Part shown: positions 19,831-29,315 of the stretch, one piece after another
How the letters are laid out: every line of letters begins with the position of its first letter
Numbering within the stretch: position 1 is the first letter of the stretch
Assembly (NCBI GenBank): GCA_002868905.1
Contig: PKUA01000012.1
Span: 1,863-65,862, forward strand
Direction: 5' to 3'
DNA: 64,000 nucleotides
From: Desulfuromonas sp.
Lineage (GTDB): Bacteria > Desulfobacterota > Desulfuromonadia > Desulfuromonadales > Geothermobacteraceae
The notes under the pieces: model-generated
The model's input: the letters and a program-made list of their open reading frames with translations, nothing else
Database searches by the model: none
Told to the model about the DNA's origin: nothing
Made by a program: the position numbers and the translations under genes

Positions 19831-20781
19831 TTATATCTCAAGGGAGCCGACAAGCCGGTTAATATCCTCAATCCCCTCGTCAATGCAAAACCGTTCAAGT
19901 CCGTCGATGATATCCATCATGGCACCGGGATTAATGAAGTTGGCGGTTCCGACCTGGACAGCGCTGGCGCCGGCGATCAGGAATTCGAGTGCATCCTCGG
20001 CCCGGATGATTCCGCCGACCCCGATGACCGGCACTTTTACCGCCTGCACGACCTGGTGCACCATCCGAACCGCCACGGGCCGGATGGCCGGACCGGAAAG
20101 ACCACCGGTCCGATTGGCGAGGCGGGGTTTGCGGGTCCGGACATCGATCGACATTCCGGTCAGAGTGTTGATACAGCAGATGGCATCGGCACCGGCCTCT
20201 TCGACTGCCCTGGCGATGACCGTGATGTCCGTAACGTTGGGGGTGAGTTTGACGATCAGCGGCATCTTCAGATGTTTACGGACAGCGGTCACCGCCGCCT
20301 CGGCTGCCTTCGGGTCTGTACCGAAAACGATTCCACCCTTTTTGACATTGGGACATGAGATGTTCAATTCAGCCGCTGCCAGCTCCGGAATATCCGACAA
20401 CTGTTTGGCGACTTCGCCGTACTCCTCCAGGCTGTTGCCGAAGAAGTTGGCAATGATCGGGGTGTTCAATTCACGCAAATAGGGCATCTTGTGGCGGGCG
20501 AAATCCTGCACCCCGACATTCTGCAGGCCGATGGCATTGAGCATGCCGCTGACGGTCTCGGCAATGCGCGGAGTCGGGTTGCCCGCTTTCGGGTTGAGGG
20601 AGAGCCCCTTGGTCACGATCGCCCCGAGCCGGTTCAGGTCAATATAGCCGGCATACTCTTCTCCGTAACCGAAAGTGCCGGATGCCGGCATGATCGGGTT
20701 CTTCAGGGACAGCCCGGCGATTTCGACCGCAAGGTTCGGTTTCTCGACCTGTTGGGTCTTTTGCGTACTGCTCATTTGCAC
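19831..20781 (-). CDS. pyrD: Dihydroorotate dehydrogenase B, catalytic subunit
   Basis: 316 aa. Contains [13 protein letters not shown]...[12 protein letters not shown]...[12 protein letters not shown], class 1B PyrD motifs. Confidence 0.95.
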   Translation of the reverse strand: MQMSSTQKTQQVEKPNLAVEIAGLSLKNPIMPASGTFGYGEEYAGYIDLNRLGAIVTKGLSLNPKAGNPTPRIAETVSGMLNAIGLQNVGVQDFARHKMPYLRELNTPIIANFFGNSLEEYGEVAKQLSDIPELAAAELNISCPNVKKGGIVFGTDPKAAEAAVTAVRKHLKMPLIVKLTPNVTDITVIARAVEEAGADAICCINTLTGMSIDVRTRKPRLANRTGGLSGPAIRPVAVRMVHQVVQAVKVPVIGVGGIIRAEDALEFLIAGASAVQVGTANFINPGAMMDIIDGLERFCIDEGIEDINRLVGSLEI

Positions 20782-21629
20782 CCTCCACTCGCTTTCTGGT
20801 TTTTGCCGCCGAACTGTGACCAGTCAAGCTGCTCCGACTTGAATACCGGGCCCGCCTTGCAGGTGCAGAGCTGCTTCGGCTGTTCGGTCGTATGCCCGGC
20901 GCCGATGACCACACAGCCGAGACAGGCGCCGACCCCACAAGCCATCAACGCTTCCAGAGAAACCTGCAACGGGGTCTTCCTGTCGCGACAGATCCCCTCG
21001 ACAGCTTCGAGCATCGGCATCGGGCCGCAGGCGAATACGCGGGAATCCGGAAACTTCTTCAGCTTGCGGACCAAGACCTGGGTCACCAGACCTTCCTCGC
21101 CGAGGCTACCGTCTTCGGTCGAGACATAGGTCTCGACGCCGAGTCTTTCGAATTCGGTGACGGTAATAATGTCATCGCGGGTTCTCCCCCCCATCAGCAG
21201 GCGCACCCGGTTCTCTTTCACCAACTCGGAGGCGAGCATGTAAAGCGGGACCAGGCCGATGCCGCCACCAACCAGAATCTTCTCTTCTCCGACAGGGCCC
21301 GCGTCGAAACCGCGCCCCAAAGGTCCGAGGATTTCGACCTTGTCCCCTTCATGCAGTTCCTGCATGATGCCGGTGCCGCGACCAACCACCTTGTAGAGGA
21401 TTTCGACATACTCAAGCGGGGGCATCCCGTCGCACTCCGGCGGAAGGAAACCGGTCCGAAAAACCCCGAATGGGCGTCGTAGCAGCGGCGGCAGCGAAAG
21501 CTGAACCCGAAACATGATGAACTGTCCCGGCCTGGCTTGTTGGCTGTAACCGGGGGCGAGAATCCGCATCCGGTAATAGCCCGGTGCGATCTCCTGGTTC
21601 GACAGTACCTTGGTGGTCAGATTCTTCAT
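20772..21629 (-). CDS. pyrK: Dihydroorotate dehydrogenase B, electron-transfer subunit
   Basis: FAD/NAD-binding fold plus a C-terminal CGVGACLGC...C 2Fe-2S motif. Start at ATG 21629 (MKNLTT), forming an ATGA overlap with the rimI stop. Confidence 0.9.
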   Translation of the reverse strand: MKNLTTKVLSNQEIAPGYYRMRILAPGYSQQARPGQFIMFRVQLSLPPLLRRPFGVFRTGFLPPECDGMPPLEYVEILYKVVGRGTGIMQELHEGDKVEILGPLGRGFDAGPVGEEKILVGGGIGLVPLYMLASELVKENRVRLLMGGRTRDDIITVTEFERLGVETYVSTEDGSLGEEGLVTQVLVRKLKKFPDSRVFACGPMPMLEAVEGICRDRKTPLQVSLEALMACGVGACLGCVVIGAGHTTEQPKQLCTCKAGPVFKSEQLDWSQFGGKNQKASGGCK

Positions 21630-22093
21630 TCTCTCTCCTTGAACAACTCCAGATTCATCAGGATCGCGTCTTCGCCATCCCGGTAATATCCTTTGCGACA
21701 ACCGACCTCCACAAAACCGCTGGAGGCATAAAGATTCCGGGCTGGACGATTTCCGGCCCTGACTTCGAGGAATACGACCTGAACGCCCTGTTCGACCCCC
21801 TGCTGCAGAACGTGTCGCAAAAGTTGTCGGCCCAGTCCCCTTCCATGCAACTCCGGCGCAACCGCAATGTTGAGAATTTCCATCTCACCGGCGACACAAC
21901 GGGTGACCGCAAAGCCATCAACGGTCTCTCCGAGGAAGAGCACTTCAAGCCGGGCCGACGGCTGCTCCAGTTCGTCTCGAAACAGCTGCTCCGTCCATGG
22001 ATGCGGATTGACCGCAGATTCAATCTCAAGAACTCTTGAGAGATCCTCCGGCTGCAGGGGCCGAACCCGGAATTTGTCAGCAGATATTTCCAC
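21626..22093 (-). CDS. rimI: Ribosomal-protein-alanine N-acetyltransferase (GNAT)
   Basis: 155 aa. Contains ILNIAVAPELHGRGLGRQLL...LEVRAGNRPARNLYASSGF, typical of RimI. Confidence 0.82.
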   Translation of the reverse strand: MEISADKFRVRPLQPEDLSRVLEIESAVNPHPWTEQLFRDELEQPSARLEVLFLGETVDGFAVTRCVAGEMEILNIAVAPELHGRGLGRQLLRHVLQQGVEQGVQVVFLEVRAGNRPARNLYASSGFVEVGCRKGYYRDGEDAILMNLELFKERE

Positions 22094-22186
22094 GATATTT
22101 GATGTAATGATTAAGCCTAAGATTCGACCGCCCTATCATATAGGCGGTCTTTGATGACTGTAAAGAGCAAACCAGAAAACCTGCCG

Positions 22187-22216
22187 TTGACAAAAGGACA
22201 CGCAATGATTTAATAA
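22187..22216 (+). promoter_or_regulatory. Candidate sigma70 promoter for purM
   Basis: TTGACA (22187..22192) followed after 17-18 nt by TTAATA/TAATAA. AGGAG SD at 22233..22237. Confidence 0.3.
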
Positions 22217-22244
22217 AGGGCCAACCTTAACAAGGAGCAACCCC

Positions 22245-23291
22245 TTGGCAGAAGAGAAAATGACTTACAAGTCTGCCGGTGTCGACATTGACGCCGGCAA
22301 TCGTTTTGTAGACATGATAAAACCGCTGGTCAAGGCGGCTTCCCGCCCGGAAGTCCTGACCGATATCGGTGGGTTCGGCGGCCTGTTCTCCCTGAATGCC
22401 GACAAGTATTCCCAACCCGCCCTGGTCGCTTCTACGGACGGCGTCGGCACCAAGCTGAAGCTCGCATTCCAGCTCGACAAACACGACACCGTCGGTATCG
22501 ACCTTGTTGCCATGTGCGTCAACGATATAGTCGTTCAGGGAGCCGAGCCGCTCTTTTTCCTCGACTATTTCGCAACCGGGCACCTGGCACCGGAAAAAGC
22601 GGCCGAGGTGGTCAAAGGGATCGCTAACGGTTGCAAGCAAGCCAACTGTGCCCTGATCGGCGGTGAGACCGCAGAACTCCCAGGCATGTATGCCGACGAG
22701 GAATACGATCTTGCCGGCTTTACCGTCGGCGTGGTCGACAAGGAAAAGATCATCGACGGCTCAGGCATTACCGTCGGGGACCAGGTGATCGGTATCGGGT
22801 CGAGCGGCCTGCACTCCAACGGCTATTCCCTTGCCCGCAAAGTCGTTTTCGAAAAAATGGGGCTCTCACTGACCGACCAACCCGAAGGACTTTCCCAGGC
22901 AGTCGGCCTTGAAATGCTCACGCCGACCAAAATCTACGTCAAGAGCATCCTGAATCTGTTGCGCGATTTCGGGATCAAGGGGATGGCCCATATCACCGGC
23001 GGTGGTTTGCTGGAGAACATCCCGCGCATCCTGCCGCACAACTGCCGAACCCTCCTCCGCAAAGGGAGCTGGGAGAGACCGGCCATTTTTGACCTGATCC
23101 AGGACGGTGGCAACATCGAGGACCAGGAGATGTTCCGGACCTTTAACAACGGAATCGGCATGATTCTGATCGTCAAGGCCGATCTCTGCGAGGAGGTTCT
23201 GCTCCGCCTGCACGGGCTCGGAGAAACGGCGAGCCATATTGGCGAGGTTGCCCGTATGCAAGACGGAGAGCCCCAAGTCATCATCGATTGA
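22245..23291 (+). CDS. purM: Phosphoribosylformylglycinamidine cyclo-ligase (AIR synthetase)
   Basis: 348 aa. Contains YKSAGVDIDAGN...DGVGTKLK...VAMCVNDIVVQGAEPLFFLDY. TTG start at 22245, 7 nt after the SD; an alternative ATG lies at 22260. Confidence 0.96.
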   Translation: MAEEKMTYKSAGVDIDAGNRFVDMIKPLVKAASRPEVLTDIGGFGGLFSLNADKYSQPALVASTDGVGTKLKLAFQLDKHDTVGIDLVAMCVNDIVVQGAEPLFFLDYFATGHLAPEKAAEVVKGIANGCKQANCALIGGETAELPGMYADEEYDLAGFTVGVVDKEKIIDGSGITVGDQVIGIGSSGLHSNGYSLARKVVFEKMGLSLTDQPEGLSQAVGLEMLTPTKIYVKSILNLLRDFGIKGMAHITGGGLLENIPRILPHNCRTLLRKGSWERPAIFDLIQDGGNIEDQEMFRTFNNGIGMILIVKADLCEEVLLRLHGLGETASHIGEVARMQDGEPQVIID

Positions 23292-23303
23292 CCCGACTGA
23301 CCT

Positions 23304-23975
23304 ATGACTAACCGAAAAGAAAAACTTCGCATCGGCGTTCTTGCCTCCGGTGGCGGAACCAACCTGCAGGCAATCATTGACCGCAGTCTTGACGGCAGCC
23401 TCGACGCCGAGATCGCCGTGGTATTGAGCAACAACCCGGACGCCGGTGCATTGGAACGAGCCGCCCAAAAAGGCATTGCCACCCGCTGTATCAACCACCG
23501 CGAGTTCGGCTCCCGCGAAGAATTCGACCGGGCCATGGTTGCAGCCCTGCAGGAGGCCGGTGTCGAGCTTGTGGTCCTCGCCGGCTTCATGCGGATCATT
23601 ACCGAGACCTTTTTGACAGCTTTCCCGCAACGGATTATCAATATTCACCCCGCCCTGCTCCCAGCGTTTCCCGGTCTGCATGTCCAGCAGCAGGCCCTCG
23701 ACTACGGAGCCCGTTTTTCCGGTTGCACCGTTCATTTCGTCGATGGCGGAGTTGATACCGGGCCGATCATTATCCAGGCGGTGGTGCCGATCATCCCAGG
23801 AGATAACGCTGACAGGCTGGCAGCACGAATCCTGGAACAGGAGCACCTGATTTACCCGCGAGCCATCCAGCTTTTTGCCGAAGGCCGGATCAAAATCGAG
23901 GGGCGACAAGTCATCATCACCCCCCCTCCTCCAGATGTTTCCGGCGCCCTGGTCAACCCCGCCCTCAACAGCTGA
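23304..23975 (+). CDS. purN: Phosphoribosylglycinamide formyltransferase
   Basis: Contains IGVLASGGGTNLQAIID...VVLAGFMRI...INIHPALLPAFPG...GCTVHFVDGGVDTGPII. Confidence 0.95.
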   Translation: MTNRKEKLRIGVLASGGGTNLQAIIDRSLDGSLDAEIAVVLSNNPDAGALERAAQKGIATRCINHREFGSREEFDRAMVAALQEAGVELVVLAGFMRIITETFLTAFPQRIINIHPALLPAFPGLHVQQQALDYGARFSGCTVHFVDGGVDTGPIIIQAVVPIIPGDNADRLAARILEQEHLIYPRAIQLFAEGRIKIEGRQVIITPPPPDVSGALVNPALNS

Positions 23976-23993
23976 CATTAATCCGGAGCTGAA

Positions 23994-24443
23994 ATGTCCG
24001 AACCGATCCTGGTCAGCGCTTGCCTGCTCGGCCTGCTGACCCGTTACGATGGCGTTGACAAAACCAATACTGGTGTCAGAGACTTTCTGGATCGGCACAA
24101 CCTGCTACCGGTCCCGATCTGCCCGGAACAGTTGGGCGGCATGCCGACGCCAAGGCCAGCCACCGAATTCTCCTGCGGCGATGGCGAAGCTATTCTGGAC
24201 AGAGTATGCCGGCTCCAAAATCGATGCGGCGATGATGTCACCGATTCGTTCATCCGTGGGGCAAGTCAATCTGTCGGCATCGCGCGACTTTGTGGTACGA
24301 GAAAGGCATTACTGAAGGAACGGAGCCCTTCCTGCGGAGTGCGTCAGGTCTACCGCAACCGCAAAATCGTACCAGGCAGAGGCGTTACGGCCGCCCTCCT
24401 GGCACGCGAAGGCCTCACCCTGTTGACGGAAGAAGATATTTAA
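23994..24443 (+). CDS. DUF523 family protein (TudS-like Fe-S thiouracil desulfidase family)
   Basis: 149 aa. Contains VSACLLG...CPE...SPSCG, the conserved Cys pattern of DUF523. Confidence 0.75.
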   Translation: MSEPILVSACLLGLLTRYDGVDKTNTGVRDFLDRHNLLPVPICPEQLGGMPTPRPATEFSCGDGEAILDRVCRLQNRCGDDVTDSFIRGASQSVGIARLCGTRKALLKERSPSCGVRQVYRNRKIVPGRGVTAALLAREGLTLLTEEDI

Positions 24444-24463
24444 CCCAAGCGAACGGATTGGGG

Positions 24464-24492
24464 TTGCAATACAACCGCAACCATGCTATACG
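24464..24492 (+). promoter_or_regulatory. Candidate promoter for rpmB
   Basis: TTGCAA (24464..24469), a 17-nt spacer, then TATACG (24487..24492). GGAGGA SD at 24511..24516. Confidence 0.3.
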
Positions 24493-24524
24493 ATGGCGTT
24501 CCAAACTTGAGGAGGAAGTCGATC

Positions 24525-24716
24525 ATGGCAAGAGAATGTGAAATCTGTGGAAAAAAACCGATGACCGGCAACAATGTCAGTCATGCCCATAACAAAACCC
24601 GGCGGGTTTGGTATCCTAACCTGCAGAAAGTTAGGGCCGTGGATAACGGTCAGGTCCGTTCCATGAAAGTCTGTACCCGTTGCATCCGTTCAGGGAAAAT
24701 CACCAAGGCAGTCTGA
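24525..24716 (+). CDS. rpmB: 50S ribosomal protein L28
   Basis: [37 protein letters not shown]. Start at ATG 24525, preceded by GGAGGA; the track ORF begins further upstream at 24483. Confidence 0.95.
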   Translation: MARECEICGKKPMTGNNVSHAHNKTRRVWYPNLQKVRAVDNGQVRSMKVCTRCIRSGKITKAV

Positions 24717-24737
24717 ACCGGCTGGAACACAAGATTT

Positions 24738-24774
24738 GAAAAGGCGAGTCGTCTCGAGACGACTCGCCTTTTTG
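24738..24774 (+). terminator. Rho-independent terminator after rpmB
   Basis: AAAAGGCGAGTCGTCTC-GAGACGACTCGCCTTTTT, a perfect stem of about 15 bp with a T5 tail. Confidence 0.88.
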
Positions 24775-24868
24775 CATTTCCTGTCTCATTTCTCAATCAA
24801 TACCGTGGGTTTCTCGACCTCTCGCCCTCTCACCCCGAGAACCCGCCCCTCCTGAATCATGCCTGATC

Positions 24869-24910
24869 AAAAAGCAAAACCGACCGGTCTGACAGCGCGT
24901 GCGGTTTTGC
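24869..24910 (-). terminator. Rho-independent terminator after ridA
   Basis: On the minus strand: GCAAAACCG-19 nt-CGGTTTTGC followed by TTTTT. It lies about 20 nt downstream of the ridA stop. Confidence 0.65.
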
Positions 24911-24931
24911 TTCACCCTCGTCAACTTAAAC

Positions 24932-25315
24932 TTACCCGCAATAGGCGACCCACTCAATCTCGATCTTAGCCCCCTTCGGTAAAGCAGCAACCTGAACCGT
25001 CGCCCGCGCCGGGCGGTGAGGGTCGAGACGGTTGCCGTAAATGCCATTGACAACCCCGAAATCGTTCAAATCAGTGAGAAAAAGGGTCGTCTTGACCACA
25101 TTGGCGTACGAGAGGCCTGCACCGGCGAGAGCAGCTTTCATATTGGCCATAACCTGTTCAGTCTGAGCTTCGATGCCAGGTCCAACAATTTCCATGGAGA
25201 CCGGATCGAGCGGGATCTGCCCTGAGAAATAGCAAAAGTCGCCCGCCTTTACCCCCTGCGAGTAGGGGCCGATCGCAGCCGGAGCGGCGTCAGTATTGAT
25301 CTGTTCCAGACCCAT
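24932..25315 (-). CDS. ridA: RidA/YjgF-family enamine/imine deaminase
   Basis: Contains APAAIGPYSQGVKAG...FFSGQIPLDP...ARATVQVAALPKGAKIEIE. Start at ATG 25315, preceded by AAGGAG; the track ORF extends to 25411. Confidence 0.9.
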   Translation of the reverse strand: MGLEQINTDAAPAAIGPYSQGVKAGDFCYFSGQIPLDPVSMEIVGPGIEAQTEQVMANMKAALAGAGLSYANVVKTTLFLTDLNDFGVVNGIYGNRLDPHRPARATVQVAALPKGAKIEIEWVAYCG

Positions 25316-25349
25316 TTTCAAACTCCTTGTGTTTGCGGGGCAGGCGGTT

Positions 25350-27503
25350 TCAATTCCGCAACCTTTCCACCCGGTAGACACCCTTGATCTTCTGCAGCCC
25401 GTTGGTAACACGCGTCAGATGAGCGAGATCCATGACATCGATTTCGAAGTAATTGACCCCTTGCTGCTCCTTGGTCGAGAAAACCTTGGCGCTGACAATG
25501 TTCGCCTCGGCACCGGTAATGGCAGTACTGAGACTGGCCAGCATCCCCTTCTGATCACTGCAGAATATGCGAATTTTAACTCTGTGGCTCGCCTTTTTGG
25601 CCCGGTCCCAGGCCACGTCGATCCGCCTGTCCGGATCAGATTCTTGGACATGCTGACAATCTATAGTGTGGACCGTGACCCCGCGTCCGCGTGTGATAAA
25701 TCCGGTGACCTTGTCCCCCGGCAAGGGGTTACAGCATTTTGCGAACCGAACCAGGATATCATCCACCCCGGCGATTTTGATAGCCGCAGACGGTTTTGGT
25801 TTGATCTTCTCGAGAACTTTACCGATCCCACTGGGTTTCTCCTCGGCCTTTCCGATCACCTCTTTTGGCAGCACCTTCGAGACGACCTGCCCTGGCGAAA
25901 GTTTGCCATAACCTATCGCTGCAATCAGGTCGTCACTGCCGGAAAAACCGAACTCATGTACCGCTTCGTCGAACAGGTCGGTTGTAATAGTCTTTTTCAG
26001 ACTCGCACCATACTTGCGCAGTTTCTTTTCAAGCAGGTCCCGACCGAGCTCAATGCTCCGTTCTCTCTGCTCCGCCTTGACCCAGCCACGTATCTTGTTT
26101 CTGGCTTTGGAGGTACGGACGAACTTCAACCAGTCCTTGCTCGGGCTCTGGGAAGCCGTGGTGAGGACCTCGATAATATCCCCGTTTTTCAACTCGGTGC
26201 GAAGCGGTACCATTTTGCCGTTGACCTTGGCACCGCTGCAATGCTGACCGACATCCGAATGAATCGCATAGGCGAAATCGACCGGCGTCGCCCCCTGGGG
26301 GAGTTCTTTGACATCTCCACCCGGAGTAAAAACATAGACTTCATCGGGGAAGAGATCGACCTTGACCGAGGAGAGAAATTCTTTCGAGTCCTCCAGGTCG
26401 CGCTGCCACTCGAGCATTTGCCTGAGCCAACGGAAACGGGAGTCGCTCTGGTCCGCAGCCGGAACCGAGCCCCCTTCCTTATATTTCCAGTGGGCGGCGA
26501 TACCCTCCTCGGCGATGCGATGCATCTCTTCTGTGCGGATCTGAATCTCCATCCGCTCTCCCTTGCGTCCAATGACCGAAGTATGCAGGGACTGATACAG
26601 GTTTGCCTTCGGCATGGCGATGTAGTCTTTGAAACGACCGGGAATCGGAGTCCAGTTGGCATGGACGATGCCAAGGACTCCATAGCAGTCCCGTACCGTT
26701 GGCACGATGATCCGGAAGGCGATGAGATCGAACACCTGGTCGAACTGAATCCCCTGTCGTTCCATCTTCCGGTAAACCGAGTAGAGATGTTTTAATCTCC
26801 CTGAGACCTGCCCCTCAAGTTGGTTGGCCGCTAGCAGGTCTGTCAGAATCCTTTTCACTTCTGAGATGAAGCGTTTCCGCTCGGTCTTTTTCTTTTCGAC
26901 CTTTTCCGCCAGGTCGGCGTAAGCGTCGGGGTAAATATAGCGAAAGGCGAGATCTTCCAGTTCACTCTTGACCCAGCTGATACCGAGCCGGTTGGCGAGC
27001 GGAGCGAATATGTCCATCGTTTCCTGGGAGATCCTACGTTGACTCTCCTTCGGCATTCGCTCCAGAGTGCGCATATTGTGCAGCCGGTCGGCCAACTTGA
27101 CCATGATGACCCGGATATCACGCGCCATGGCCAGCAACATTTTGCGAAAACTCTCGGCCTGACGCTTCTCGCTGGTCCGAAAGGCCATCCGGCCGATCTT
27201 CGTCGCGCCTTCGACCATGGAAGCGATGTCGGGTCCGAATCGCTCCGCGAGTTCCTCCTGTGACACCGCCTCCTCATCCAGCACATTGTGAAGCAGACCG
27301 GTAACAATGGAAGCGATATCGAGATGCAGTTCCGCGAGAAGAAACCCGACGGCCGTCAGGTGTTCGAGATAGGGTTCGCCATTGGGGCGACGTTTGTCAC
27401 CAAAAAGACCGGCGACAAAGTCGTGGGCCCGGCGAATCGGGTCGAGGTCGGCATCTGGTTGATACGCCTCGACTTGCCGAAGGATCTGTTCCAAAGATGC
27501 CAT
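25350..27503 (-). CDS. rel: Long RSH (p)ppGpp synthetase/hydrolase (Rel/SpoT)
   Basis: 717 aa. HD-domain blocks present (KLADRLHNMRT, APLANRLG). Synthetase blocks present (GRLKHLYSVYRKM, DLIAFRIIV, GRFKDYIAMPKANLYQSLHT, EIQIRT). TGS and ACT regions present. The HD dyad itself reads HN (see findings). Confidence 0.95.
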   Translation of the reverse strand: MASLEQILRQVEAYQPDADLDPIRRAHDFVAGLFGDKRRPNGEPYLEHLTAVGFLLAELHLDIASIVTGLLHNVLDEEAVSQEELAERFGPDIASMVEGATKIGRMAFRTSEKRQAESFRKMLLAMARDIRVIMVKLADRLHNMRTLERMPKESQRRISQETMDIFAPLANRLGISWVKSELEDLAFRYIYPDAYADLAEKVEKKKTERKRFISEVKRILTDLLAANQLEGQVSGRLKHLYSVYRKMERQGIQFDQVFDLIAFRIIVPTVRDCYGVLGIVHANWTPIPGRFKDYIAMPKANLYQSLHTSVIGRKGERMEIQIRTEEMHRIAEEGIAAHWKYKEGGSVPAADQSDSRFRWLRQMLEWQRDLEDSKEFLSSVKVDLFPDEVYVFTPGGDVKELPQGATPVDFAYAIHSDVGQHCSGAKVNGKMVPLRTELKNGDIIEVLTTASQSPSKDWLKFVRTSKARNKIRGWVKAEQRERSIELGRDLLEKKLRKYGASLKKTITTDLFDEAVHEFGFSGSDDLIAAIGYGKLSPGQVVSKVLPKEVIGKAEEKPSGIGKVLEKIKPKPSAAIKIAGVDDILVRFAKCCNPLPGDKVTGFITRGRGVTVHTIDCQHVQESDPDRRIDVAWDRAKKASHRVKIRIFCSDQKGMLASLSTAITGAEANIVSAKVFSTKEQQGVNYFEIDVMDLAHLTRVTNGLQKIKGVYRVERLRN

Positions 27504-27529
27504 TTAAGGTGAGAGACTTTGCATGGGGC

Positions 27530-27555
27530 GGCAGCGACCGAACCCGGTCGCTGCC
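27530..27555 (-). promoter_or_regulatory. GC-rich hairpin between rpoZ and rel
   Basis: GGCAGCGACC-gaaccc-GGTCGCTGCC, a 10-bp perfect stem with no U-tract. It occupies most of the 62-nt rpoZ-rel spacer. Confidence 0.4.
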
Positions 27556-27565
27556 GGAATTGATG

Positions 27566-27772
27566 CTAACGCTTCCGGGTCGGCAATTCGTATTCGATCA
27601 TACCGGCAGCGATTTCACGCAGACTCACGACAATTTTTTTGTTGTGCGACTTGTTCTCAATCAACGGGGTCGCGCCTTTGTATAGCTGTTTCGCCCGCTT
27701 GGATGCGACCATGACAAGCTGAAACCGGTTCGGAACCTCCACGAGGCAATCTTCAACTGTGACGCGTGCCAT
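27566..27772 (-). CDS. rpoZ: DNA-directed RNA polymerase subunit omega
   Basis: 68 aa. Contains [30 protein letters not shown]. Confidence 0.95.
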   Translation of the reverse strand: MARVTVEDCLVEVPNRFQLVMVASKRAKQLYKGATPLIENKSHNKKIVVSLREIAAGMIEYELPTRKR

Positions 27773-27799
27773 AAACTAACTCCTTCAATCATAGTATCG

Positions 27800-28447
27800 T
27801 TAAGGTTGGTAATCTTCCACAGGGAGTCGCTGCAATCTCGACGTGCGTAACCTTTCGGCCACCACGATGGAAACCAACTCCTGCAAGGCCCGGTCAAAAT
27901 CCTCATTGACCACGACATAATCATAATCCTTTACCGCCTGCATCTCAACCCTGGCGTTCATCAATCGCCGATTAATCTCGGCATCCTCATCAGTCGAACG
28001 TCCTCGCAGTCGTCGCTCCAGCTCCTGAAGCGACGGGGGAAGGACAAAGATGCTGACCGATTCCGGTTCGGCCAGCTTGATCTGGGCCGCCCCCTGGCAG
28101 TCGATTTCCAGCAAGAGATCCTCGCCACCGAGCCTTGCCTGCTCCAGGGTCGACTTGGCCGTACCGTAACGGTTGCCATGAACCTCGGCCCACTCGACGA
28201 ATTCATCCGCTTCGACCATGAGGGCAAACGTCTCGGAAGAAACGAAATGATAATCGACGCCATCACGCTCTTCCCCCCGAGGCGCCCGCGTGGTAAAGGA
28301 GGTGGAGTGCCCCATCTCCGGAAGAATTTCAATCAGGCGTTGACAGAGGCTGGTTTTACCCGCCCCGGAAGGGGCCGAAATCACCAACAGCACACCCTGG
28401 CGCATCGGCATCGACTTCTCGTCCGGTCCTGAAGCCTCATACGACAT
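27800..28447 (-). CDS. gmk: Guanylate kinase
   Basis: P-loop ISAPSGAGKTSL, plus TTRAPRGEERDGVDYHFV. The start may be an internal ATG at 28411 or 28405. Confidence 0.93.
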   Translation of the reverse strand: MSYEASGPDEKSMPMRQGVLLVISAPSGAGKTSLCQRLIEILPEMGHSTSFTTRAPRGEERDGVDYHFVSSETFALMVEADEFVEWAEVHGNRYGTAKSTLEQARLGGEDLLLEIDCQGAAQIKLAEPESVSIFVLPPSLQELERRLRGRSTDEDAEINRRLMNARVEMQAVKDYDYVVVNEDFDRALQELVSIVVAERLRTSRLQRLPVEDYQP

Positions 28448-29315
28448 TCTGGACTTGCTCCCGGATCTTTTCGAGTTCTGATTTCAGACTGACGACAGCG
28501 GATGCCATAACGGCATCATTCCCCTTGGAGCCGATCGTATTGGCCTCCCGGTTCATCTCCTGAACCAGGAAATCCATCTTACGACCGATCGGTCCCTCGA
28601 CCTGCAGCATCTGTGCGAACTGGTCGAGGTGGCTGTGAAACCGGACCAGTTCTTCACTGATATCACACCGATCGGCATAGAGTGCAAGCTCCTGGACCAG
28701 CCGTTGCGGGTCACATTCCACATCCTCCTGCAGCCGGGTTAAACGCTCACGCAATTTTTTCTGCCACTCAACCGGAACTGTCGCCGCACGCTCTGAGATC
28801 GACTCGAGCAGTTGACGCAGCACCTCGCCTCGTTCGAGCATGTCCTGGCCCAGGGCTGCACCTTCGGCCCTGCGCATCTCGTCCAGAGTCGTCAAAGCGG
28901 CATCGACCCCCCCTTCCAGCAGCGACTGCAGGTTTTCTTCCGGGATATCCGCCTCGGCCACTTCCAACACGTCTTTCTGTTCAGCCAGCCAGGTGGAGGA
29001 AAACGTTCCCCCGCCCCCTTCCAGCTCCTGCAACTCCCGCAACGCAACCAGATACGATTCCGCGAGAGCGCGATTCACCTTAACCTTCGGTAATTGCTCG
29101 TCTTCCCGTTCCAGGGTGATGAAAATATCGACCTTGCCCCGTTGGGCCGACTCAGAAACCCGCTTGCGCAATGCAGGCTCAAACGGCGCAAACTGCCGCG
29201 GCGAACGGATATTGATGTCACAGAATCGATGGTTGACCGCCTTGATCTCAACGTTCAACACCAACCCCTCCCTGGTGGCACTTCCTCGGCCGTAACCGGT
29301 CATACTTCGAATCAT
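28437..29315 (-). CDS. yicC: YicC-family stress-induced protein
   Basis: Contains MIRSMTGYGRG...LVQEMNREANTIGSKG. Start at ATG 29315, forming an ATGA overlap with the cysQ stop. Confidence 0.9.
   Translation of the reverse strand: MIRSMTGYGRGSATREGLVLNVEIKAVNHRFCDINIRSPRQFAPFEPALRKRVSESAQRGKVDIFITLEREDEQLPKVKVNRALAESYLVALRELQELEGGGGTFSSTWLAEQKDVLEVAEADIPEENLQSLLEGGVDAALTTLDEMRRAEGAALGQDMLERGEVLRQLLESISERAATVPVEWQKKLRERLTRLQEDVECDPQRLVQELALYADRCDISEELVRFHSHLDQFAQMLQVEGPIGRKMDFLVQEMNREANTIGSKGNDAVMASAVVSLKSELEKIREQVQNVV

Noticed and set aside
22126-22149. Hairpin GACCGCC-10 nt-GGCGGTC in the rimI/purM divergent region as a riboswitch or operator
   Set aside because: It lies upstream of the predicted purM -35 element and has no match to any riboswitch architecture I know. 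The 7-bp stem alone is insufficient evidence.
22866-24098. 410-aa minus-strand ORF (and nested 235-aa ORF)
   Set aside because: It is antisense to purM/purN, whose products carry canonical motifs. No motif, RBS or plausible context supports the antisense frame.
25296-26795. 499-aa plus-strand ORF
   Set aside because: It is antisense to rel/spoT. It is a shadow ORF with low-complexity composition.
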